From Podarcis muralis (Eukaryota): a stretch of DNA of 64,000 nt. The notes under the pieces are model-generated. The model did not search any database, was not told where the DNA came from, and saw nothing but the letters and a program-made list of their open reading frames with translations. The stretch covers positions 55,552,001 through 55,616,000 of the forward strand of contig NC_135658.1 in assembly GCF_964188315.1 (NCBI RefSeq), given 5' to 3'. A program made the translations under genes and the position numbers. This document shows, piece after piece, positions 12,180-24,237 of the stretch (positions within the stretch are counted from its first letter, which is position 1; each line of letters starts with the position of its first letter).

Positions 12180-15100
12180 ATCCGCAGCGGCCGCTGTTGC
12201 CAGGAGGAGATTAGGGCTGAGGGCTCTGTCTGGCGCGGCGGCGGCCCAGGCCTGGCTCGACATAATCCTATCAGCGCTTCCCCTCCCCCACGCGCCTTCG
12301 CTCTATTTGTATGTATGAGGGAGAGGTCCGGCGGGCGGGAGCGCGCACGTCCGTCGTCTGCGCACCACCCTTCGACGCCGCCACTGCCGCGCTCTACATT
12401 AATCTCTGCCCAGCCCCGCTGCCATTACTGCTGAGGCGCCCCGCGCGCCTCTGACGTAGCTCCGAGGAAAGGCGGGGCGGAGTGGATAGTTATAGGGAAG
12501 GAAAAGGGGGGGGGGTGAAATAGTCCCATTTGGAGCGAACGAAATGGTTGCGTTTAAAAGTTTAAAAAACACACAGAGACCGAAAGCTTATGAAACGCCA
12601 CTCATTGTGTAGTAAAGAGGTTGCTTTACGTGAGGACAGAGTGGTGGTGAAAGGCTGTGGTGGCTGAGCGCGGAAGGAGATGCGGCCATTTTCGACTTGG
12701 CAGTTGGAGATGAGGCTTGGTGGAGAATTAAAGTGGGGAGGGATGGGAGCGAGCGGCGAAGGGCTCCTCCCGCCCCTCGTAGGGAAGTGAGAGCGCTCGC
12801 TTGGCTGCCTCCTGCAGCGCCAGCCTATTCATGCTTACTTGGAAGTAAGTCCATACGTGCCGTGGGGCTTACTTCCAGAGACATGTAGGACGGCGCTGAC
12901 AGAGGCACCTTCTTCCGGAAAAACAATGCGCCATTTTCCTACAGATAATCCCCTGCGAATCTATCAAGGTTTTCTCCCCTGGTTCGCCCTATATGTCTTT
13001 TCTGGTCAGGGTCTTTCACAATGTCCGGCCGAAAATCAGTAGGCAGGTTTACGTATGGAGATAAGTCGCCCTTTGTTAAGGAGAGTTTTGTTCATTAATT
13101 CCAAGGCAAATGTTTCTAGGACTGCAATTAAGCGAGGAAGAGTGCGGATCGGTTACAAAACAAACGCTAATGGTGGACTGGCTGTTCTTTTCCAAGGGGG
13201 AAATGTTGGCGCTTCCCTAAATAAAAGGAGCGTTTGGGGAGTGCCTCGGTTTAGTGTGAAGTCCCATTATTTTAGACTTTCTCACGTAAACACGCATGGG
13301 ATTGCAGCCTTATTTGAATCCTTTGTGTGCTGCCTTGTCAAAGGAGATCATAAAAAAAAACAGTAACACATTTTAAAAAACCCCAAATAAAGAACAAATA
13401 ATTCATTGGAAATGTGTAAAGAAGAGGGGGAAAGGTATGGGATTGACGTTCTGGAATTTAAAAGTTCCATTGGCCCTAGTTCTTTGGGTACAATCCATCA
13501 CTATTATTAATTGAATTTATATACCGCCCTATACCCGGAGGTCTCAGGGCGGTTCACGGAAAATATTACTTACTCTTCAAAAGCCTGTACTACATAAAAA
13601 CAACACAAGTACACTTCTTGATAGGGCTTTTCGGATGGTTCTCTGGAATTATCCCTACTACTAGTATTGTTTTTTTAACTCAGCGCAGTCGGATCCTATA
13701 TATTTTCCCCAAAGTCACACTCTATTCAATAAGACTTCCTAGTAATAGTAAGCATGCGCAGCATTACAACCTTAAATAAGGGCCAATGGCAACTTGTGTA
13801 TGGTTGTGCTCTTGTTCTGGACTCAGAGTTCCCAGCGTCATGTCTGTTGGCACTGTGGCTGCCTCAGATACCAGCACCCCTGCCTGTCTTTAAAAAAAAT
13901 GTTAATTCAGGTTTTGGAGGGGGGTTGTTGCCTGATTTTTTTACTTGCCTGTGTTATTTGGTAGGGGCATTGTAAGTGTTTTGCCTAGTTGGAGCATGTG
14001 GTTTCCCATCCTTTGTTTGGTTTCTTTTAGAATGTTTCTTGAATGTTATCCATATAACCCAAATAATAACATTGAACTTCATAAGACAAACACATAAAAA
14101 CCAAACCAAGGCCGGCATACATTCACAAGAAGAAATGATAAAGCTGGTTATGGAATTAGTATTGCCCATCATGACACACAAATGAGTGGGGACCATTTAA
14201 GCCTATATCTAACACCATAGAGGATTATTTAGTTAAGATGTCATTAAGGGTTACTGCCTAAAAGAGTATCTTAAATATCTACTCCCTGCCCAGTGGTAAG
14301 AAGTAAAATCAGACAGGGAAAGCCTTCTAAGCAGGAAGCTTACTATGTCACAAAGTTTTTTATTTTCACCCTTCCCAGTTCAAATCATGGAATACATAAA
14401 CATTGCTAGACTATAAATTAAACAGAATCAAGAGAAACCTACAACTACAATGGGAAGGATATTCAGTTCTCATCCACCACCCAGGCTGGCGCAAAAAGAT
14501 GCCTGTATACCTGATACCAAAATATAAACAATGAGAGGCCATTCCACAGCTTGTTCCAAACCAACAATTTATCACAATATGTATATAAAAGAATCCAGGC
14601 TAAAAAATCTATTATTATCAGTGATTAAGGTGTGAAGATGAGAATGGTAATTAACCTAAATACAACTTGTGGTGCTGGACCAATTAAGATAATTAACTGA
14701 GGTAGTTTACAAAGGTTCCACACGCAGTGCAGCTGGCAAGTCATTCGAAAGATTTCCTTGCCATCCAGAGACGCTTTGGGGAGGTATTTTAACTTACTAA
14801 TTTGATTTAAACTAATCAGAAAATAGAAACAGCACACTTAATTATTATCATTAAATCTATGATTTGAAGTTGGGTTCATATCCTGGCTTGTTCTGAAGCT
14901 GCTTACCATGGTTTCCTGGTTCAGGCAAAATGGAAAACTCGATAATACTTCCTGTTTTGTTGCAAATGAATGTGTAAAAAGGTTGCATGGGTGGGACATG
15001 TTAATATTCTAGTTGCATTGGTGTACAAAAGCCCTACACAGCTTGGCACCAGGATACCTAAAAGATCACATCTTATATGCCCAACCACACTAGAGGGCCT

Positions 15101-15679
15101 CATGAGGTTGGTTTTGTAGGAACTGGGCATTTAGCATAGTGGCAGCTACCCCTTGGAATACCCATTACATACCAGGCATATACTTTTCAGTGCCTGTTGA
15201 AAACCTCCATCTTTCAACAAGTCACCTAAGTGATTTTCATCCCAGTTGGTATCTATATTGAATTTGAAAACATTTTGATAAATGAAATTGTTTTATATCT
15301 TTTATTGTGGATGTTCATATTGCCTTATTCTTTCTTGTGAAATTGCTTCAATAAGGAGATTCAGAAATTAAATAATAACAACTTTTGTGGGCTAGTAACT
15401 TATGAAAATTTATTTCGCAAGGCAGGCCTAAATTAATAACCGTCCATTGACAGAGAAGTTGTAGCCTGTGTGGAGAAACATTATTCAGTACTGCAGCTCT
15501 AGAATACACAATCAAGACTTGGTCTTGTATGAGGACTCTAATTTCAGTAAGCTTATGTGTAGTTTGTAGCTACTGCCAAGTTAAGCTGTATGTTATGTTT
15601 CTAGCATTGTTGTTGGTTATTTTGACATTTTGTGACGTATAGTATGGTTCTAAAAGATAAACAAGCTATTGCATTGTGC

Positions 15680-16900
15680 TGGAAAGAACATCACCAGTCA
15701 TCTCCTTAATCGCAACGCCCCTGTAGCTGCTGAGGTCCTCACAAATCCCACACTACTAAATTCCTGAAAACACTCTGAGACTATGCCCCTGTGGACATAA
15801 GACAAATCAAATCAGTCACACGTTCTTTTGCACTGCCCTTGGTATCTATTTGATCTACCCTAGGTTTACCAGTTGGTTATTCTAAGCCCTAGGGAGTGGC
15901 ATTCAGACAAATGTACGGTAGCCTTCCTTACATTTAATCAGGATGGGGATAAGATGGAGATAGTAGCCAGGTTTCTGCAACACACAATGAGGATTCGTGA
16001 ATGTTGTACATTAACTTAAGTGTAAGATGCAGGTTTTGAGGAGTGATTTTATTGTACCGAACCCTATTGGAATCTTGTGTATATGGCAATAAAGGTTTAA
16101 GAATTTCAAAGTGACAAGCAGATTGAGTATAGAAGAGGTCCAGAGGAAGAAAGCCTCTGGTACTGACTTCAGTAGTTTCACAGTATGCTGAGGAAATAGT
16201 CTTTGACTTTTATTGGCCATAATCAGGGTCACTTCTGCCTTCCTTTTGAACTATGCAAAGTACTCAGGGCAGACTAAATTGACAGGAAAGCAAAGAATGG
16301 TTCGGGGGGGGGGGGGAGGAGAGCACCTGGAACCTTCAGGAAAGCCTTGCAGGAGGGGGAACCACACCAGTGGAGGCTATTGTCACCTCCATTCTTTGAC
16401 AATCAACCCCACTCCCAAATGCTCCATCTAGAGCAAAAGTGTATTTCACCTGATGGATCTTCTGTCTCCTTGGACTGGTTGACTTTGTTCCATGTTCACA
16501 TAGCTTTCCCATGGTGTTCCCCATTTTTTCCAAGACTTGATGGTTTCAAATGTGATACTAGAAGACAAGATTCTGTAAGACTTGGCTTCTAGCAAAGCTG
16601 CTTGAAGCCCCTTTCTGCATGTGCTGCTAAAGCTTCCAGAGGGACACAGTCCCTGACTACTCATATTCTAATAACCTATTGTAGTAGAAGCCTCCAGATG
16701 GCTCAGATTGCAAAAGTGAACTCTTGCAATAGGTCTTGATGGAAGTTGGTGTCACTCAAGTTGGATGTGTTGTTCTTCCTGTGCCTCAATAAGTTTCTGT
16801 GGAAATATTTAACTGCTTGCACCAACTTCTCATGAATTATCAGGGTGTGAGGCTGCTCTATATACTAGATACCTTGCCAAACCCACATTTAAAATAGAAA
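15680..16900 (-). mobile_element. Possible highly decayed DIRS-type (tyrosine recombinase) retrotransposon remnant
   Basis: Collinear degenerate peptides across frames (DLLQE, KAFLKV, VTLIMANKSQR, LHLS*, LNVRKA, ST(R)G, AATG) resembling DIRS YR motifs; by eye only. Confidence 0.3.
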
Positions 16901-18111
16901 TATTTTTGCAAGTCTTGGCTTTAAAGGCTTGTTCTTCAGACAATGTGTCACTATCTATGCTTGTTAAGATGTGCTGGATCTCTTTACAAATCCCCTCCCC
17001 CTATCCAACTGGCAAAAAACTATCTCTGTGGTGGACAGAAGACTCACAGTGCTTCTATGTCAGGATATTAAAAACAAGCCTGTATTCATCTGTTCTCCTT
17101 ACCTACAAGTTTTACAGGGCAAACATTCTCCTTCACATATTATTTCAATAGCAGTTATGCTTTCTTTGCCACTGATCCTGCTTTACTGAAAAAGGAGTTT
17201 TCAGTAGAGTATTAAGTGTTCCAAAGTTTGTGCTATTGTTTGGATTCTGAGAACTTCACATAATGGCAAAACTGTACGGTGCTTACTAAAGCTCTGAGAA
17301 TCTAGCTCCATCAGGATTACCACTCCATTAAATGTCACCTGTCAGGCAGCAGCCATTTCATCAGACAGAAGAGATTAGGAAACCAAGAAAACCCATCAGC
17401 TCAGGGGAGGGACCCATTTTCATTTTTGCTATTGATATAAGAACTAGTGCCTTAGGTTGCAATCCTAATAACACTTATCTGGGAATAAGTCCCTTTGATT
17501 TACTGAATAGGACTTACTTTTAGAAATTGTTAAAATTGTGATGTTTGCTCCCCCCCCCCTTTTTTTCATATGTGTTGATTTAGATTGTAAACCTGAGGGT
17601 ATAGACTGTCTTATTATTGATCTTGGTAGTTTTTCCAAGTCTTATTTGGACTATAAAGAGAGGAGATATAAATAAAGGGGAATATAGGCAAGTTTCTACC
17701 ATTGAGAAAGTTTTCAAGTTTGTTGTCACGTGAATTTCACTTCTTAGAAGAGCCTGCTACTAACAAATTTTCAGCAATGCTGTGCTCATGAGTCAAAAAA
17801 AGATAAGCAAAGGTTAAGGACCACCTTTACTTTTGTGTGCTTGATCAATGGAGTTTCTTCATTACTTTATCTTTCCAACTCTCCTTCCATGCAAAAAAAG
17901 GCTAGAAACATTGCGTATAATACCTAAGCTGCCATACAACAGATACTGGGGATGGCTATAAAACCATAGACTACTGAAATTTCATTCACTAAAGTGAAAG
18001 CTTATATTATAGGAATACAACTGCACGTTTGCTTGTTTTTAAAAATCTACATCCCAGTTAATTTTCAGTCAAGCCGAAGAGAAACACTCACAAAATGTTT
18101 ATGACCAATAT

Positions 18112-18117
18112 TTTATT
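18112..18117 (-). terminator. Probable HMGN1 poly(A) signal AATAAA (3'UTR about 1.07 kb)
   Basis: First AATAAA I found on the minus strand after the stop codon. Confidence 0.5.
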
Positions 18118-19184
18118 GGATCTTGTTTGATGAACCACAGACATTAACTATTTGTACTGATTCTTTTTCCAATAATTTGAATGTAAACCAGTCATCTGAC
18201 AATTATGACTTCTTTGATAGACCATTAATTCAAAGTAGAAAAGTACCAGTGTCTCAAATACTGTCATGTGAAAGTCATGTCTGCTTAACCAGAAATTTTA
18301 TCTACTCAGTAATTGAACACCACACACACTACACACCCAGATTTCCAACCGTTCACAACACGTTACAAAGCTGTTGAAAAAATAAACTACCACTACCAAA
18401 AATAACTCTTGTCACAGATAAAACAAATTTGGGAGATCCAACACCAGGGAACAAGTTGGGTTTTCTGAGGAAGCATTCTACTGATGACAAATCGAGGGGG
18501 ATACGTGTTAAGTGTAAAGACATTTTCCTACTTGTCACCATGTCAACGTTTTATCTGTGCTATGCTTCTTTTAACAATTACAAAAACCATCCCACAGTAT
18601 ACAGCAGGTGTGAGCAACTTGTTTGCCTCTGGGGACGATACTGGCATATGCTGGGCATATCTTTCCATCATATATTCAAATTTATTTGTAAAGGCTAAAA
18701 ATTTAAGGAAACAAAGCTAAATTTAAAGTAACTGAAGTCCTGCATAAAAATAGCTTTAAAGGGCCACATGTAAATTGCAAGTTGCCCACCCTGGCCTCTG
18801 GAATGTTAAGGCTGCAATCCTATGCACACTTATTAAAGAATAAGTACCACTGAAACCAGTGGGATTTAGTTCTAAGTAAACATGTATAGGATAGCACTGT
18901 AAGTAATCAATATTTTGAAATTTCTCCTTAATCTAACATTCCATTAATTGCTGGTTATATAGAGAGACAACCAGTACATGATTTTTACCTTTTAAAAACA
19001 AAGCATTTACACTCAAAACTACGTTAAATGGGATATTGAGGGAGGGATCCCCTCATGCTTAAAAAATGTCTTTTCTAAAACCACTAAAAAACTTGCATTT
19101 ACAAAATAGTTGATAAAAATATTCCTCTGAATTGTACAAGATGGTGGCAAACAAACCACTGATTAAGAGACTTTGTACAAGATG

Positions 19185-19232
19185 TTACTCAGATTTTGCT
19201 TCTTTTTCTCCTGCTGCATCAGATACTGGGGC
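19185..19232 (-). CDS. HMGN1: HMGN1 exon 6 coding part (APVSDAAGEKEAKSE*); protein 98 aa
   Basis: ttctcag acceptor, TAA at 19185-19187; EKEAKSE end; following 3'UTR resembles the mammalian HMGN1 UTR as recalled. Confidence 0.96.
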   Translation of the reverse strand, partial: APVSDAAGEKEAKSE

Positions 19233-20578
19233 CTGAGAAAAGAAAAAAGTTTAACGTAACAATGGTTATACATATATGTTTCAAAGTTCAAACCCAAGGA
19301 CTATTAAAACATTGTTTTAAAAGCTATTTGGTATTCTAAACATGAAAGTTAGGATCAACATAATTTTTGTATGCTATTACAGAGCCAAAACATTTTTATC
19401 AACCAGTCTGAGAGTGACTGGCCACAAAGGATTAATATATACAATCCACAAGTAGAAAAACATTGCTTTTAATGGTCAATCTACAGTCAAATATTGAACA
19501 CATAGCCCCGCATTGATGAACCTCATATTCCATTATGGTATTTCAGTTTACAGCCGTAGTTTGAGTTATCTTATTCTGTTTCTGTGGATTTTCAGGAATG
19601 TTCAGTACTGCTTTCCATACTAATTTCACTAAAAATCCATCAAGCTTTCTTATGATATAGTCACATCAAAGATACTCATTCTGCCCTCATATCCTGCTAA
19701 AAGATTATTTTGTGGTTAACAAAGAATACATTTTACTCCTAAAATTACTGGACAATACAAATTCTGTGCAGAACTTTGTAATGCATGATGAACTTTCCAA
19801 ATACTCAAACTTATACTTAAAAAGTTAGGTTAATGCTTGTCCTTAGGCTTTATTTCAATTGGCACAGAGTAACTTTAAATTCAAGGACTTGAAATAGTTG
19901 TGTGTTTCATAACAATGATGTTTCTGACTAGTTTTGAAATAAAACATCTTGTTAAGTATATGCTTACTTTTGAAATGATATACAAATTCAATGTAGAGTA
20001 GAAACTCATTATATCACTTGCCATTTTGGTGAACTGATTGATCTACTTGGCCCGATCACCCAGGATGGCAGGAGCCTGGACTGGGAATATTAGTAGTAAA
20101 AAAATGCCAGATCCACTAGTGTGACTACTGAAAGATGCTAGTGGAGGATGAAAGAATTTACTAAAATGCATAGCAACCCAGAGTAAGAAAATCCCTGCTG
20201 AATCAGGCGAAAGACTCATCTAGACCAGCAGCCTATTCTCATGGTAGCAATCCAAATGCCTATGAGAAGCCCGCAAGCGGAACCAGAGTGCAACAGCACT
20301 TTCCCCACTTGCAATTTCCAGAAATGGGTATACAGAGGCATGAAACCCAATGGCAATGCCAGCTCCTCCTCCACTTCTTCCTACCTCATTAGCCTCCTTT
20401 ACCAATATAAATATTTTCTCTGGGATAGTGGAAAGGGATATTAAATTTGTTTAAGTGCCCTCATGCAACATCCATACAAGGCAATGCTGGGACGTTCTCT
20501 CTGCCAGTTAAGTCAGAACAGCCATTTTGAATTTAAACAAGAAAACTATAGAATACACAACAAAGCCATAAAATTTAC

Positions 20579-20710
20579 CTCATCACTTTTTGCTTCTCCA
20601 TTTTCCGCAGGCAAGTTATCCTTTACTTCCTCATTGTTAATCTCTTCAGCCTGTTTACCTTTTGGTCCCTTTTTCCCTTTTGCTGGGGCTTTCTTTTCCT
20701 CAGGCTTATC
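20579..20710 (-). CDS. HMGN1: HMGN1 exon 5 (DKPEEKKAPAKGKKGPKGKQAEE...LPAENGEAKSDE)
   Basis: 132 nt, CAG / GTAAAT; PAENGE motif. Confidence 0.97.
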
Positions 20711-21116
20711 CTGCAATGAAATAAGACAATCAGCGTTTAGTCTTTTAAAATAACGCATTCGTCAGAATGTGAAGATTTGTGGTCTTAATCAGTGCTTTTC
20801 TTCCAGGACAAAAAAGGTGCCACTACTGTGTACCCTTGAGTAGTCCCAGAAAAAGCACTGGTCTTAATCAGATTAAAACATGTTTGGAAAGATCTAATGT
20901 GCTAGGAATGCTATGCTGGCTCACATATATGCATCTAGCCCCAAAGAGTGCTCTTTTAGTGGAATTTTGTCTTAGCACATTACCAAGACTCACTGCATAT
21001 ATTTCTATGCATGGCGCAAAGCATCATTCATTAGAAAAAATGAAGCTGTTAGCATGGTGAGAGCATATCTTGCTGTTCTTAGTTATTCCAAGGTTTGTAC
21101 TACAATCAGTCTATAT

Positions 21117-21252
21117 CAGTGGTGGCAAAACTTGGCCCTCCAGCTGTTTTGGGACTACAATTCTCACCATCTCTGACCACTGGTCCCGTTAGCTAGGGAT
21201 GATGGGAGTTTTAGTCCAAGAACAACTGGAGGGCCAAGTTTGGCCACCACTG
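21117..21252. mobile_element. Palindromic hAT MITE, 136 bp
   Basis: TIR CAGTGGTGGC.AAACTTGGCCCTCCAG; perfect 8-bp TSD GTCTATAT (21109-21116, 21253-21260). Confidence 0.9.
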
Positions 21253-21978
21253 GTCTATATGGAATACTAAAAGAGGTCTCGCCCAGCACTGGATACCACC
21301 TTACATTTTCCTGTGTAAACTGATATTAGATATTTTGGATAAGGATTCTTCCCCCCCCCCAAAAAAAAATTATTTTATTTTCTTAAACTGTAGATTTATT
21401 ATTTATTTGTTCAAATAAACCAGCAAATGAGTTCATAACACAGTTAGTTTAGACACAAATAGAATTAATCTGATGTTCTTGCCCTTTTCAGTGAAGCTGA
21501 AGCAAAATGGTTGCTTCAGGTGATGCATGGACTGGTTAGAGAGGAATGGTGGGAGGAAAAAACTGGGAAACCACCAAGAGAAGTAGCCTCAGAGCCTACA
21601 GTGAAAAGTGAGTACTTTGGTATATGAAACATTTTGAACATACAACATGCTAGCAATGTTTATAACAACCCTGTACAATATTATCCCCATGCTACCACGG
21701 TGAGGGAAAGAATGAGAATATACTGTAGTGGTTTGGCCAAGCCCAGCTAGTGAGTTCATGACCAAGGCACAATTCATCAGAAAACTCTTCACCACTATCC
21801 TACACTAGGTAGCTATCACATAAATTTACGTTACTGTGTTTTGGTTTTGCTTTGTTATTAAGAAATTGTTTTTGTACTGCTTGCTTTAAATGCATACGTT
21901 TCTTTGTTGTAAGACACTTTGAGCATGATTCAGTTTGTGGAAAAACGGTGTACAAATACAACAAATGAAAATCCCTTT

Positions 21979-22146
21979 GCAGCTGTGACTTGAATTTAGT
22001 ACAGCTTAAATTTGGCACCTTTTCCTGCTATGCTACTTTTGGCAGACATCAGGCAAGTTCAGGAGCTCCTAATCATTCCTGAATGGATTCAAACCCCCAA
22101 AAGTAGCATGGCAGGAAAACACGTCAAATTCAAGCCGCAGCTGCAT
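21979..22146. repeat. Long imperfect inverted repeat in HMGN1 intron 4 (probable decayed palindromic MITE)
   Basis: TTTTCCTGCTATGCTACTTTTGG pairs with CCAAAAGTAGCATGGCAGGAAAA (22/23); outer arms GCAGCTG..CTTGAATTT also pair. Confidence 0.7.
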
Positions 22147-22441
22147 ATGGACAATCGGGAGCCCCAGCTTTTCTCTTTCCAGTACCGAACCTTGAATTGT
22201 ATCGGGGGACAGATGGGCGTGAATTTTGCCATGCCAGCTTCCACCCTTGACCTCACCATTAGTGGAATGTGGCCCATAGGGTGACCACACTTCAATCGTG
22301 ACTTGTGTCCCAAAGTAGTTTCCTGCTTCTGCTGCCGAGATGTAGTAACATTGCTCCATTTTACAATGAAATAATATCTTCAGCCAGCTTCCAAAAAGGA
22401 TTTCAGATACCTTGTTTGTCTCCCTCCCCAAAACCTCTCAC

Positions 22442-22492
22442 CTTTGAAGCTGGCTTTTTTGGTTTGGTTTCAATTTTGGCAGTGACAGGTTT
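22442..22492 (-). CDS. HMGN1: HMGN1 exon 4 (KPVTAKIETKPKKPASK)
   Basis: 51 nt, CAG / GTGAGA. Confidence 0.95.
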
Positions 22493-22588
22493 CTGAAAGA
22501 GAAACACCACACAATTATTATGTTTTGATTCTAATATTCACAATAAACATAACGGGTAAATAAGAAGTCAATGCAATTCTATACTTAC

Positions 22589-22618
22589 AGCAGACAGGCG
22601 TGCAGATCGCCTTTTTGG
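22589..22618 (-). CDS. HMGN1: HMGN1 exon 3 (PKRRSARLSA, nucleosome-binding domain core)
   Basis: Invariant RRSARLS motif; 30 nt, TAG / GTAAGT. Confidence 0.98.
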
Positions 22619-22719
22619 CTACAGCAAACCAAAGCAAAAGAAAACAGTATTAATGGTCTGCTTAATACTAACAATCCTCCTGGATCCTTTAAAATACCAT
22701 ACAAATGTTTCCTACTTAC

Positions 22720-22740
22720 CTCTTCTTCAGCGGCGTTCAC
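22720..22740 (-). CDS. HMGN1: HMGN1 exon 2 (VNAAEEE)
   Basis: 21 nt, ttgcag / GTAAGT, phase 0. Confidence 0.9.
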
Positions 22741-23273
22741 CTGCAATGGAACATAAAATAATGAGAAAGGAACGGGGGCGGTAGAGCGAAACATCGCATG
22801 CGCATTAACGCCTGCTCTACACCGTCCAGGGGCCCTGACGTCACCGCGCACACGCCCCCCCCTTCCCGCCGCTGTGTCGAGAATTCGAACCTGAGGCCGT
22901 ATCCTTAACCAACGTCCGCGTAAAAGTTCTAGGCGTTCCAGAACCTGCGCGACGCTCGCTCCTCGGCTGCCCGAGCGGAACGGGCACGCGAGACGTTACA
23001 GGCCGCAGTTCGGCGAACCTCGCGGCCATTTACAACCGTCACGCCCCCTCCCCCCTCTAGAATAGGAGCGCGAAAACTGGGCCCTCACGACGAAGTCGTC
23101 GCAGAAAAAAGAACCCCCCCCCCCAGTATGAAAGGACAGCCCGCTCGCCTATATTTTTATATATAAATATATTACATTTACAAGGGGAAGGAGAAGGGTA
23201 AAGGAGCTCGGGGAGGGAGAGGGGAGTACGCGCTCTCGGCGCACATTAAAGTGTGCGCGCGCTCGTCGCCAAC

Positions 23274-23288
23274 CTTTCTCTTCGGCAT
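23274..23288 (-). CDS. HMGN1: HMGN1 exon 1 coding part (MPKRK)
   Basis: ccgccATGCCGAAGAGAAAG|GT; canonical HMGN N-terminus. Confidence 0.96.
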
Positions 23289-24114
23289 GGCGGAGTAAGC
23301 GGCGATGCCGAACGACGGCGCTCGGCTTTCCCTTGTGCTTTTATTTGTTCCCTATCGTCGGGCGGCGGGAGCGGTGGCGGCGGCGGCTGGCACTTCTTAC
23401 TCCAGCCCCACTGGGAAGTCCGACTCTCACTCCTGCGCACAGACCAAGAGTGTGCCCGCCCGCCCGTCTGACCCCCCTTCTCCTCCCGCGACCATCCCAG
23501 CAGCGCCAGCGGCACCGCAACAGGATCCAGCCGGATGGGAAGGGAGGGGGGACGCACGCGCGCGCACGCACGCTCTCCTCGGCGCCGCCCTCCTCCCCGC
23601 TCCGAGGCGCGCGCGTCCCTATTGGACGAGCCCACTTCGCGCGCCCTCTTTTTAAATCACAACAGTCCGTCCCACCCATGAGGAGAGGCCCGTCGACTTC
23701 AATGCGTTGAGGCGGAGGCGGGCTGCTCCCCTCCACCTGGGCGGGTTTGATAGGCTGTCTCGGCAAGAGGGTGACAGTAACTGTGACATGTGCGCGCGTG
23801 CGCACACATAACAGGAGCGCGTGAGCTCAGCGACCGCGGTTGTTATTACGAAAAAATAATAATCCAGCGAGGCACAAACCACGGGGCGGGGGTGGTGGTG
23901 GTGAAGAGGGAGGATGTGCGCTTGCGCAGTTTGAGAAGCGGCCGCGAGCCCGAGCCTTTTTTGTAGTGTTCCTTCTCCCCCTCCCCCACCCCATTATTCT
24001 TCTCTGGCGGAGGCGGGAGACTGGCAGCCGCTTTTCTCCGTCTTCCTCGCGTGTCTCTAATCCCTTCCCCTCCCTCTGCCCGCCCCCCCCCCCACGTCCA
24101 GTCCGGCCTGAGAC

Positions 24115-24237
24115 ATGGACGAGGAGGTTCTAGTGGAGACGGGAGACGTGACGGGTGACGGCGCCTGGTTCCTCGTGTTGAGCTCCGTGTTCTTGTGTAA
24201 CCTCCTCAAAATCCTCCTGCCCTCTTGCTCCTCCATT
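24115..24237 (+). CDS. GET1: GET1/WRB exon 1 (MDEEVLVETGDVTGDGAWFLVLSSVFLCNLLKILLPSCSSI)
   Basis: 123 nt, GTAAGT donor; hydrophobic TM1 matches WRB. Confidence 0.92.

Larger units (their letters stand above)
11700..13100. promoter_or_regulatory. BRWD1 CpG-island promoter with YY1-type motifs (AAGATGGCGGC 12015-12025; GCGGCCATTTT near 12682)
   Basis: CpG-dense and GC-rich, surrounds exons 1-2; boundaries approximate. Confidence 0.85.

Noticed and set aside
11555-12263. Long overlapping ORFs in the BRWD1, HMGN1/GET1 and SH3BGR CpG islands
   Set aside because: Explained by stop-codon scarcity in GC-rich DNA plus read-through of real short exons; low-complexity products.
13380-15600. Searched the BRWD1-HMGN1 intergenic region for an unannotated gene or snoRNA
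   Set aside because: Only short ORFs, LINE tails and AT-rich sequence; no coherent exon chain or box C/D or H/ACA structure seen.
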